Below, one piece after another: positions 9,888 through 18,540 of a stretch of DNA of 64,000 nucleotides. Under the pieces are notes generated by a model that had not been told where the DNA came from, did not search any database, and worked only from the letters and a program-made list of their open reading frames with translations. Within the stretch, counting starts at the first letter, position 1; each line of letters starts with the position of its first letter. The stretch spans positions 124,001 through 188,000 of the IMG/VR virus record IMGVR_UViG_3300036781_000418, one strand, 5' to 3'. The position numbers and the translations under genes were made by a program.

Positions 9888-10628
9888 ATGAAGCTTCAAC
9901 AGCTACACGAAAGCGGCAAGTACTCCGAGATCATCAACGGAGTAATCACGCCCGCCACCAACTTTAGCAACGACTCCTACTGTTTGAAGAGCACAGGTGC
10001 CAAGAAGCTAGCGGTCTACGCCGAGCTCACCACCCTTGGAAATATTTTCAACGGCATCTCAGCGGCCAGGGACGTGATCCTGTCAAGCCTGACGGCGCTC
10101 ACCTCCATCAAGGGCCTGCCTGACAACGTCGAAACCCTGCGCCTTGAGGCGCTGCCAAACATTAGGAGCCTTGAAGGCTGTCCGTCAACGCTCCGAACCT
10201 TCTCATCTCAGCGATGCGGCCTTACCTCGCTGAAGGGCCTACCACGCACGTTGGCCGGCAGCCTCTATCTATCGCACAACCACGAGCTCTCCGATCTAAC
10301 TGGCATGCCCAGTGAGGTTGGCTACAGCATCAGCATCACGGGTGGAGCCACCATTGATTTGACTGGCATCCACAAGAAGCTCAAAAGTATGGGCTCAGGC
10401 TCAAAGAACACCAGCATCTTTAAGTGCGATTCGTTTAAGGGTGGCGTCCTTGGACTGTTGATGATTGAGGATCTAGGTAAAGTTGACCTGGGCAGCGCCA
10501 ACTTCGAACAGTTGAACGCCATCATCAACAAACACCTGCATGAGGACGCCAAGGTGTCAACTGACCGCATGCTGACATGCCAAGAAGAGCTGATTGACGC
10601 CGGTTACGACGAGTACGCAAAGCTATGA
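9888..10628 (+). CDS. LRR-like repeat protein, probable internal head protein
   Basis: Repeats LTSIKGLP / IRSLEGCP / LTSLKGLP / LSDLTGMP. N-terminus MKLQQLHE. TAAATA at 9861-9866. Confidence 0.7.
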   Translation: MKLQQLHESGKYSEIINGVITPATNFSNDSYCLKSTGAKKLAVYAELTTLGNIFNGISAARDVILSSLTALTSIKGLPDNVETLRLEALPNIRSLEGCPSTLRTFSSQRCGLTSLKGLPRTLAGSLYLSHNHELSDLTGMPSEVGYSISITGGATIDLTGIHKKLKSMGSGSKNTSIFKCDSFKGGVLGLLMIEDLGKVDLGSANFEQLNAIINKHLHEDAKVSTDRMLTCQEELIDAGYDEYAKL

Positions 10629-11356
10629 AGATCAAACAACTACACGAAGTCAAGGTTCCAGAAGGCGCGTCCTTCTCCATGGACAAGCACAGCATCATGA
10701 CCATCCATACACTGGATGAGCACGGCCACGTGCTGCCCGACGTCGCCGCCTTCAAGTTCAAGGTGGCCGGTATCATCGCCCAGAACATCGGCTTGACCTC
10801 CCTCGAGGGTCTACCGAAGGTTATCAAGGGCAGCCTGGTGGTCAGCAAGAACAAGCTGACCACGATGGTGGGTGGGCCTACTGAGGTTCACGGCGTCATG
10901 GATGTGAACAGCAACGAACTGACCTCGATTGAAGGCGTTCCACGTAAGCTGACCAAGTTAGCCGCCAGCGACAACCGTATCAAGTCGTTGCACAACATTC
11001 ATAAACACATTGATGAGTTCATTCCACCATCAAAGACCGCCGCCGGCTACAACAGTGGCTACTATGGAACTGTGGCTGCTGGGGGTCTTGAATTTAGTGA
11101 CAATCCTCTAACCGAAGCGGCCCTTGGTATTTTGAAGATCAAAGGGTTTGACACGATTGTCTTTGTGAGTGAGTCAAGTGGCCCTATGTACGCCGCGATG
11201 GTACTTGTCAATCGCGCCATTAGCGACAATGTCCGTAAGAACGCAGACGGCCATGGCGACAACCTTGGTTGGTCCTGCCCGGTTACGAACGCCCAGCTTC
11301 TTGAAATGCAGGAGCTGTGGATGGATTTGGGTCTAGAGGACCTAGCCCAGCTGTGA
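10625..11356 (+). CDS. LRR-like repeat protein, paralog of 9888..10628
   Basis: LTSLEGLP / LTSIEGVP / IKSLHNI repeats, N-terminus MKIKQLHE, and a similar C-terminal helix (QELWMDLGLEDLAQL). Confidence 0.7.
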   Translation: MKIKQLHEVKVPEGASFSMDKHSIMTIHTLDEHGHVLPDVAAFKFKVAGIIAQNIGLTSLEGLPKVIKGSLVVSKNKLTTMVGGPTEVHGVMDVNSNELTSIEGVPRKLTKLAASDNRIKSLHNIHKHIDEFIPPSKTAAGYNSGYYGTVAAGGLEFSDNPLTEAALGILKIKGFDTIVFVSESSGPMYAAMVLVNRAISDNVRKNADGHGDNLGWSCPVTNAQLLEMQELWMDLGLEDLAQL

Positions 11357-11398
11357 TTCCTCTAAATACGTAGATTATCTCCATCAGGGACACCATAC

Positions 11399-12277
11399 AT
11401 GAGCACGATCTTGGAGCTTCTACAGCTCACTGAAGCAAAGAACCACATGGGCGAGAAGACCTACGCTTCATGGGATTCTTGGAAGAAGGCCATCCGTAAG
11501 GCCTATCCAGAAGTTTGGTTCGACGGCGACAAGGACATTGCTAACGCGATGATCGGCGCAAAGCCATACAAGCAAGGAAGCACCCATCAAGTGGGTGAGT
11601 GGGACGGCAACGAAGGCTGCATCCACAACCTGTCTGAAGGCAAAAAGGACAAGAAAAATCCAGCTGACATGAGCCCAACCAAGCTCTACAACTACGTATT
11701 GGATGTGATGATTGGCGACGACGATGAAGAAGGTCAGGAACGTTTCATCAATGCCTTGCGTGGCAACAGTGGCGGTACAAAACGAGCCCGTGAAGACGCA
11801 AAACAAGACATGCTTCGGTACATTGAACGCGAAGGCCTAACTGAAGGCAAGTCCAAGATCATGGACAAGATTTATCCAAAGACTAAGGGTCCAGCTGAGA
11901 AGTCAGGCCGGCACATGAAGGCTGGTTACTACGTCTTCGACGAAGACGGCGTGCCAGTGCATGGACCGTTTGACACGGACCGCAAGGCGGAGCGTGAAGC
12001 GGCCCATCTGAACGCTGGTAAGAACCGCGGCTTCTACATGGACTACCTCGAAGCTGGTGATGAAGTTTCTGAAGGTCAGCTTGTCGAGGACGAAGGCATC
12101 GATAAGATCGATGCTTGGAAGGCCGCTGTAAAGAAGGCCCACCCAGACGTCGCCGCCAAGTTGAAGTTTAAGGCCAACGTGGAAGACGACACCCTTGAAG
12201 CCTGCATCTCTGGCCAGGACCGCCTCTACGGTGTGTTCGACCTTGATAAGGAACGCGGCCAAGTACTTGGCAACTAA
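11399..12277 (+). CDS. Modular polyprotein-like probable internal head protein
   Basis: Modules of about 62-76 aa separated by LTE|A, LSE|G, LTE|G and VSE|GQLVE|. First and last modules are homologous. TAAATA at 11363-11368. Confidence 0.6.
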   Translation: MSTILELLQLTEAKNHMGEKTYASWDSWKKAIRKAYPEVWFDGDKDIANAMIGAKPYKQGSTHQVGEWDGNEGCIHNLSEGKKDKKNPADMSPTKLYNYVLDVMIGDDDEEGQERFINALRGNSGGTKRAREDAKQDMLRYIEREGLTEGKSKIMDKIYPKTKGPAEKSGRHMKAGYYVFDEDGVPVHGPFDTDRKAEREAAHLNAGKNRGFYMDYLEAGDEVSEGQLVEDEGIDKIDAWKAAVKKAHPDVAAKLKFKANVEDDTLEACISGQDRLYGVFDLDKERGQVLGN

Positions 12278-12286
12278 GGAACCACC

Positions 12287-12571
12287 ATGGCAAGCATCAC
12301 TCCAAACGTTACCCTCTACACCCAGCACATCACTGAGGCCGGCCAATGCCGCTCCGTGTTGACGGCGCTCAAGGCACTGGTCGACGGTGGTACGTTCCGT
12401 CAAAACTTGATCAGCCTCAACTCCATTGAAGCCAACCTCACCAACCTACCGTATCCAGACGAACTAGTTGGTCGCGTCAACGCGCTGAGCGTGGCGATTC
12501 AGGAACTTGAGACGACCCTTGGCATCATTGAAAACGGCATCCGCGGAGCCTTGCTCTACCCACGTCAATGA
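12287..12571 (+). CDS. Hypothetical protein
   Basis: 94 aa with an RBS, in the late cluster. Has ITE|A near the N-terminus. Confidence 0.6.
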   Translation: MASITPNVTLYTQHITEAGQCRSVLTALKALVDGGTFRQNLISLNSIEANLTNLPYPDELVGRVNALSVAIQELETTLGIIENGIRGALLYPRQ

Positions 12572-13272
12572 AGCTGATCGACCTACGCAAGGTGCGCCTC
12601 ATCACGAAGACCAGCGTGGCCGCCGCCAAGCAGCCACGCATTGACCTGCCAATCTTCGGTATCAGCATTGGAACTGAGCAGTCAACGGGCGACACCTCAC
12701 GAGTCAACGAAGCGGCGGAGTATTCCGACCATGATGAGTACATCATGCAGCTGTGGAAGAAGCACAAGCTAAAGCCTATCGCTGAAGGTCAGTACGCCAA
12801 CGTGTACCAACATCCAACGCACGCAAACGTCGTTGTGAAGATCAGCCACAATGACGTGCCTTACATCAAGTACCTTAAGTGGGCCGAGAAGCAGCATGGC
12901 AACCCCTACCTGCCGCACGTGTTGAGTCTCCATGAGTACAAAGACGAAGCCTTCGAAAAAGGCGAGGTGTTTCACATCGTCTTCATGGAGAAGCTTTACC
13001 CACCGTCCAAGAAGGACGTGAAGAACTTCCTGCTCCACTCTGGTCTCTATGAGATCGGCATTGACGCTGAAGAGTTTGGCAACGTCACCGATGAGGATCT
13101 TGAGGAGGCTATGAAGTCCGACTCAATTGACCCAAAGCTTAAGTCTATTCTTACTTACATCAGGCGTTCACCGTACGCTTTCGATATCCATGATCAGAAC
13201 TTCATGGTCCGCAAAGGCGGTCAACTTGTTCTGACCGATCCAACCTCACATATCGGGCACGTCCCAAAATGA
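12568..13272 (+). CDS. Protein-kinase-like (Ser/Thr/Tyr kinase fold) protein
   Basis: IAEGQYANVY (Gly-rich loop), VVVKIS (ATP Lys), VFMEKL (hinge), DIHDQNFM (catalytic loop) and LVLTDP (DFG equivalent). Confidence 0.8.
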   Translation: MKLIDLRKVRLITKTSVAAAKQPRIDLPIFGISIGTEQSTGDTSRVNEAAEYSDHDEYIMQLWKKHKLKPIAEGQYANVYQHPTHANVVVKISHNDVPYIKYLKWAEKQHGNPYLPHVLSLHEYKDEAFEKGEVFHIVFMEKLYPPSKKDVKNFLLHSGLYEIGIDAEEFGNVTDEDLEEAMKSDSIDPKLKSILTYIRRSPYAFDIHDQNFMVRKGGQLVLTDPTSHIGHVPK

Positions 13273-13601
13273 AACACTCCTTCAAATCCTACCTAGCAGA
13301 GGCCGAGGTCAACGCGGCGGTTGAAAAGCCAAAGGCGCCTGACGCTTCATCACCTGACGCGAACGCGATGAAGATCGCGGCTGAGTTCCTTGACACGACG
13401 CCTGAACACCTTGAAATTATTGACAAGGGAACTGAAGCGAAGGTGCTCGACACTGGTCGTGAAATCGCCAAGAAGTTCATCAAGATGGCTACTGGCTCTT
13501 GGGTCATTCGCCAGTTCAAGGCGCTAGGCAAGATGTTCGCCCGCGTTGAAGCACCAAACGGCAACGCCCGCACATACCAGTCGGACGTCGCGACGGAGTA
13601 A
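13269..13601 (+). CDS. Probable internal head protein with T4-type capsid-targeting N-terminus
   Basis: Starts MKHSFKSYLAE|AE, resembling the T4 internal-protein targeting peptide (MKTYQEFIAE type). Confidence 0.6.
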   Translation: MKHSFKSYLAEAEVNAAVEKPKAPDASSPDANAMKIAAEFLDTTPEHLEIIDKGTEAKVLDTGREIAKKFIKMATGSWVIRQFKALGKMFARVEAPNGNARTYQSDVATE

Positions 13602-13605
13602 GTAA

Positions 13606-14769
13606 GTGCCCACCACCGCCATCAAGCACCTGGCCAAGAAGACCCACCACTCGATCGATCGCGTCGAGCACCTGTGGAAGAAGGCCAAGGACATTGTCAC
13701 CAAGGAGTATGGAGCCGACCACCAAGGCTACTATGCGCTGGTGATGGGCATCACGAAGAAGATGCTTGGGCTTAGCGAGCGACTGTCGTTCGGCGACTAC
13801 CTGGTGTTGAAGGAAGTGGACACTGGTAAGTCAGTGCTCTATCAATCCATCGTGAAGCTGTTGAACGCTGGTAAAGAGGTGCGAGTGCGGATCAACCGAG
13901 TTGGAGCTGATACAAGTTCACTCAAGATGTTCTTCGACGGTAGTCTATGGACTTCTCGGGCCCTAGGCTCAAGTGACGATATTATTCGCTTCAACGGCAC
14001 CTGTGAAGTTGGTGCTGGTGCGCCGAGGCTCCTCAGCGCTTCTACAGCTCTAGAACAACATCTCAAACATGACGATGCTGACGACGACTACACCATCAAG
14101 AAGGACAGTTGGGCCGGCGGCTACTTGGTGACCAACATTGACAAGGTCGATGAAGCTGAAGACGTGTCCGTCCTTTGGCTCGCGATCATGAAGCTGACCG
14201 ACGCTGGGCATCATATTGAAGTCAACTTCGACAACTACAATCGAGCTGGCACCTTCTCAACTTATCAAGGCATTCTGCGCAGCTCACGCCACACCACTAC
14301 ACCTGAGTTTTTTGGAGTGTACATTGACCCACAGCGCGATAAGCATCAGCTGAACTACTCCTATAACCTCACTGAGTTCTTCAAGCCTGAAGACGCAGAC
14401 GACATCTTTAAGTTGGAGAAGCATGGTGATACGTACCGCATCTCAAAGATGAAGAAGGTTGACGAGTCAGCTACCAACACCGTGTTGTTCACGCTTATCC
14501 ATAAGTTGCTGGATGCTGGACACCATGTGAAGGCTGACTTTACCTCGGGGAACACAGCTGACTGGCCGTTCCCCGACAATTCGAAGCGCTATCAAGGCGC
14601 ACTTAAGGTGGTTGGCAACCACATCGCCCTGTACGGCACCATTACCACCGGATCGAAGCTGCCTGATACTACCTCTGGTCGCGTTGTCAGCGCTATCAAC
14701 GCTGAAAACGCCGACGAACACTTCAACCTCGAGAAAGACGGTACAGACTATGTACTACGAAACGCCTGA
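13606..14769 (+). CDS. Tandem-module polyprotein-like protein
   Basis: GTG start. A 58-aa leader domain is followed by three homologous 100-113 aa modules separated by LKE| and two KVDE| sites. Confidence 0.7.
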   Translation: MPTTAIKHLAKKTHHSIDRVEHLWKKAKDIVTKEYGADHQGYYALVMGITKKMLGLSERLSFGDYLVLKEVDTGKSVLYQSIVKLLNAGKEVRVRINRVGADTSSLKMFFDGSLWTSRALGSSDDIIRFNGTCEVGAGAPRLLSASTALEQHLKHDDADDDYTIKKDSWAGGYLVTNIDKVDEAEDVSVLWLAIMKLTDAGHHIEVNFDNYNRAGTFSTYQGILRSSRHTTTPEFFGVYIDPQRDKHQLNYSYNLTEFFKPEDADDIFKLEKHGDTYRISKMKKVDESATNTVLFTLIHKLLDAGHHVKADFTSGNTADWPFPDNSKRYQGALKVVGNHIALYGTITTGSKLPDTTSGRVVSAINAENADEHFNLEKDGTDYVLRNA

Positions 14770-15151
14770 CGGCGACGCACCACCTTCCAAGCCAATGGAC
14801 GCCTTGATTGGCCTCCTGCTGAAGGCCCGTTCTGCCGCCCACCTCAACCACTGGAAGACAAAGTCCTTCGCCATGCACATCGCCTTGGAGGAGCTCTATG
14901 AGCTTCTCGCCGAGTTCGTTGATCAGCTGGCTGAAGTATGGATGGGCATGTCGACCGATGAGCTGAACATCGATCAGAATCAACCGTCTGGCTTCGTAGT
15001 CGGCGATCCGCTGACGTTCATCAAGCAGCTCAGTGTGGCACTTGAGGAGTTCGCTAAGCTTATCCCGCAGCTCCCACCCCTTGTAAATATCTACGAAGAG
15101 CTTCAAGGTGCCGTTGCCCGAGTGAAGTTCAAGCTCGAGCGCCTCGCTTAA
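14750..15151 (+). CDS. Ferritin/Dps-like four-helix protein (phage type)
   Basis: AHLNHWKTKSFAMHIALEELYELLAEFVDQLAE matches the HxxHW...H.AL..Y..L....D.L.E Dps-like pattern. ATG at 14750. Confidence 0.7.
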   Translation: MYYETPDGDAPPSKPMDALIGLLLKARSAAHLNHWKTKSFAMHIALEELYELLAEFVDQLAEVWMGMSTDELNIDQNQPSGFVVGDPLTFIKQLSVALEEFAKLIPQLPPLVNIYEELQGAVARVKFKLERLA

Positions 15152-15162
15152 CAGGATCTACC

Positions 15163-15513
15163 ATGGGTAACCCATTTGACTTCGCCAAGCCCGTCATCAA
15201 GTTCAACAAGCTTGACGACCTTCCAAAGAAGCCGCACACCCCACAAGAGGTGATCGCGGCCCTGAAGGTCCTGCACAAGATGGTGCACGCTCAGGCGGAC
15301 CACTACGGTGGTAAGCACGGGATTCTGCTCCCAGCGCAGATCTCGGAGGAGTCGCTGCTGTCCTCGCTTATGAACCTGAAGAATGAAGCGGATGAAGCCA
15401 AGCTGGACGCCGAGCTGGACCTTGAAGAGGCTGCCGAGGACCTGATGGACAACATGGACGCTGAGAACATCGTCCGCTTCGGCACGCTTCTAAGCTTGCT
15501 TATCAAGCCATGA
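15163..15513 (+). CDS. Hypothetical protein
   Basis: 116 aa with an acidic helical C-terminus, in an operon with its neighbours. Confidence 0.6.
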   Translation: MGNPFDFAKPVIKFNKLDDLPKKPHTPQEVIAALKVLHKMVHAQADHYGGKHGILLPAQISEESLLSSLMNLKNEADEAKLDAELDLEEAAEDLMDNMDAENIVRFGTLLSLLIKP

Positions 15514-15848
15514 ACCTAGCCGACTTGCTTGAAGCTCGCTATGAGGTAACGGACTCATCTCCGATTATCTACATCGCCATCAAGAAGTTGCTGGCTAAGA
15601 CCGAGTACATCTACCTCAAGTGCAACGTTCGAGCTTCCTTCGCCATCGGTGGCAAGGTACAGAAGCTCCACGTTAACGGAAAGTTGATCAGCATTTCCGA
15701 AGGTGGCGGTCTGCGGTATGTAGACTGGCAGTCTAAGTCGGTACGCGACGTTACCAAGATCATCTATCCTGACCTTAACACCATTGACGACGAACTGCGC
15801 ATCGACAAAGATCCGCATGACGATGCGTACATGATTGAAAACTTCTAG
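15510..15848 (+). CDS. Stand-alone copy of the module repeated in 13606..14769
   Basis: MNLADLLE| leader, then IIYIAIKKLLAK ... TIDDELRIDKDPHDDAYMIEN, matching both ends of the repeated module. Confidence 0.65.
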   Translation: MNLADLLEARYEVTDSSPIIYIAIKKLLAKTEYIYLKCNVRASFAIGGKVQKLHVNGKLISISEGGGLRYVDWQSKSVRDVTKIIYPDLNTIDDELRIDKDPHDDAYMIENF

Positions 15849-15869
15849 GCGGCGCCATGTAAATACGGG

Positions 15870-16466
15870 ATGGATAAACATCTCGTCTTCATTCATGGGC
15901 TCAACGCCACGAGCAACTCCTTCAACTACCTTACGGCGAAGCTGAACCTTCCAAGTGAGCGCGTGACGTGCATCAACTACACGTCTCAGCAGGAGCTGCT
16001 GCTTTCACTGCACCAAGTCGATGAACTGCTCCCATCAAGTGGGGAGCTCGTTCTCATTGGGCACTCGCTTGGCGGCATCATCTCAACGTTGCTGGCCCAC
16101 AAGTACCCAGAGCGCGTCAAGCAGGTGATCACGATCGCCTCGCCGTTCGGTGGATCGAAGGCGGCCATCTTCATGCAGTGGATTCCTGGTACGTCACCTG
16201 TACTGCAGGACATTACGCCGTACTCACGGCTCATCAAGCTGTCACAGTCCAAGCCGGCCGCGCTGGTTCACTCCATCATCACGCAGGGTGCGTCCATCAT
16301 CGGCTCGTCGGAGCCCAGTGACGGCGTCATCACGGTCGCTTCGCAGCTTATGACGCCCGCGGGCAAGCATACGGCGAAGATTAGATCCAACCACTTCGAG
16401 GTGCTGATGATGCCGCGCACCGCTAAACTAATCCAAAAAATTCTGGAGATCAAACCACATGGGTAA
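15870..16466 (+). CDS. Alpha/beta hydrolase (lipase/esterase-like)
   Basis: VFIHGL, GHSLGG nucleophile elbow, SDGVITV and a C-terminal NHFEVL His. TAAATA at 15860-15865. Confidence 0.85.
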   Translation: MDKHLVFIHGLNATSNSFNYLTAKLNLPSERVTCINYTSQQELLLSLHQVDELLPSSGELVLIGHSLGGIISTLLAHKYPERVKQVITIASPFGGSKAAIFMQWIPGTSPVLQDITPYSRLIKLSQSKPAALVHSIITQGASIIGSSEPSDGVITVASQLMTPAGKHTAKIRSNHFEVLMMPRTAKLIQKILEIKPHG

Positions 16467-17997
16467 TAAGTTCATCAAGCGCGCCAACGCGACCGCTGAG
16501 TACACGCCTGAAGCCTTGGCCGACTTCACACGCTGCGCGAAGGATCCAATCTACTTCATGACGAACTACGTCTGGATCTCGGATCCAAAGAAGGGACCAA
16601 CGCTGTTCAAGCTCTTCGACTATCAGATCGAGATGGTGCAGCACATCCACGAGAACAAGGACACCGTCATCCTTGCATCACGTCAGCTTGGTAAGACCAC
16701 CGTGGTGGCCATGTACATGCTGTGGTTCGCGCTGTTCCACAAGCGTAAGAAGTGCATCATCGCCTCCAAGGGCATGGGCCACGCAACTGAAATTATGTCA
16801 CGGATCAAGTACGCCTATGAGGAGCTGCCGAACTGGTTGAAGTGCGGCTGCAAGTTCTACAACCGTACGTCCATTCAGTTCGACAACGGCTCTGAAATCA
16901 AGTGCGAGGCAACGTCCATCAACACCGGTCGAGGCGACTCCCCTTCAATCTTGTTCATCGATGAGTTGGCGTTTATCCCACGTCGCATTCAAGATGAGAT
17001 GTGGGCGTCGATTACGCCGGCTCTCTCAAACGGCGGCAAGTTCATCATGACTTCAACGCCGAACGGTGACAACGAACTCTACTCCACCATCTGGCGTGGT
17101 GCCAACTCGCAGCAGAACTCCTTCAAGCCGCTGCGTGTCATGTGGTACCAACATCCTGACCGTGGCCAAGAGTACTACAACGAGATGAAGGGTAAGCTTG
17201 GTGAGCTTAAGACCCGTCAGGAGTTGGACTGTGAGTTCCTGTCCTCCGACGCACTGCTCATCAACTCCATCGTGCTGGCTCAGCTTCGTTCACAGGTGCA
17301 CGTGGAGACGAACCTCGGCTTCAAGTTCTTCCAACCAATGGACTCGCTGCCAGGCCGTGACAAGACCTACCTTGTCGGCCTGGATCCGGCAACCGGTCAT
17401 GGTGGTGACTGCTCCGTGATCGAGGTGTTCGCGTTTCCGTCGATGGAGCAGGTTGCCGAGTTCCGTTCAAACGAGATCAACATTCCACTGCTGTACGCCA
17501 AGCTCAAGTGGCTCCTTAACTTCCTGTCACAGAACCGCAACGGTGGCGAGGCTGAGGTGCACTGGACGTTTGAGCGCAACGGCATCGGTGAGGCCTTGTC
17601 CGCGCTGTACTTCAACGATGAGACGCAGCCCGAACATCCGCAGCTGTTGTCCGAGGGCATGGACAAGTTCGGCGTCTACACGACGGGCAAGCAGAAGATC
17701 CTCTCCTGTCTAAAGCTCAAGCAGCTTGTAGAGAAGTCGGAAAACGGCCTCAAGCTGAACTCTCAGGACCTGCTCGAGGAGCTCAAGAACTTCGTCTCGA
17801 AGGGTGGCGGCTACGCGGCGAAGCCTGGTGGCACGGATGACTGCGTCATGGCCGTCGTGCTGGTCGTGCGACTCCTGGAGCGGCTCGCCTACTCAAACGA
17901 AGAGGCCTTCAAGCGTGTGAACGAGTACGTCTCCGTGGACGATCAGGCACAGCTTCCAATGGACGACTCCGACGAGCCAATGCCGTTCTCCTTCTGA
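16459..17997 (+). CDS. terL: Terminase large subunit, T4 gp17-like
   Basis: LFDYQ, ASRQLGKTT (Walker A), LFIDELAF (Walker B), STPNG, VGLDPATG and DDCVMA nuclease motifs. Confidence 0.95.
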   Translation: MGNKFIKRANATAEYTPEALADFTRCAKDPIYFMTNYVWISDPKKGPTLFKLFDYQIEMVQHIHENKDTVILASRQLGKTTVVAMYMLWFALFHKRKKCIIASKGMGHATEIMSRIKYAYEELPNWLKCGCKFYNRTSIQFDNGSEIKCEATSINTGRGDSPSILFIDELAFIPRRIQDEMWASITPALSNGGKFIMTSTPNGDNELYSTIWRGANSQQNSFKPLRVMWYQHPDRGQEYYNEMKGKLGELKTRQELDCEFLSSDALLINSIVLAQLRSQVHVETNLGFKFFQPMDSLPGRDKTYLVGLDPATGHGGDCSVIEVFAFPSMEQVAEFRSNEINIPLLYAKLKWLLNFLSQNRNGGEAEVHWTFERNGIGEALSALYFNDETQPEHPQLLSEGMDKFGVYTTGKQKILSCLKLKQLVEKSENGLKLNSQDLLEELKNFVSKGGGYAAKPGGTDDCVMAVVLVVRLLERLAYSNEEAFKRVNEYVSVDDQAQLPMDDSDEPMPFSF

Positions 17998-18046
17998 ACC
18001 TGAACGTACTCGGTGACTCGGGTGCCGACGGTGCTATGATGCGCGA

Positions 18047-18304
18047 ATGAGCGTATACATCTTTGCAGTCGATCCGGACGGTGACGTGGTACACCGTCGG
18101 TTCACACAGGGCGATCTCCTGAAACAAGGCATGGAGGCCGCCGAGTGGTTCCGGAAAAATGGACATAGCCATGTGTCCATCTCCTACGAGAACGAGAACC
18201 TCGTCGGAAAACCTGGAGTAGCGGCCGTCGAGAACGGTAAGACCCCCGACGGTGAAGCGTACGAGTGGTCCAAGGCTGGTCGAGCCGGAAAGATGCGGAG
18301 ATGA
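18047..18304 (+). CDS. Hypothetical protein
   Basis: 85 aa, preceded by a TATGAT -10-like box. Confidence 0.6.
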   Translation: MSVYIFAVDPDGDVVHRRFTQGDLLKQGMEAAEWFRKNGHSHVSISYENENLVGKPGVAAVENGKTPDGEAYEWSKAGRAGKMRR

Positions 18305-18540
18305 ACTTCGCACACTACGCCCTCGGTTACTTCACCCAGTCGCTGGACGACCCGGCGTTCTACTACGTCTTCCGCAAGCCTGAACTGCCCAACACCTTCA
18401 TGGTGGAGATGCCGGAAGGCCACCTTCGGATGGTGTTTGAGCGTGAGTTCGTAGACCGTGGCGTGCTCTGTCGAGAGTATGTCAAGCACCCGGACTATGC
18501 GCACTCCTCCAACTTCTACATCAGGTACTACTTCGTATGA
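18301..18540 (+). CDS. Hypothetical protein
   Basis: ATG at 18301 overlaps the previous stop (ATGA). Confidence 0.55.
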   Translation: MNFAHYALGYFTQSLDDPAFYYVFRKPELPNTFMVEMPEGHLRMVFEREFVDRGVLCREYVKHPDYAHSSNFYIRYYFV

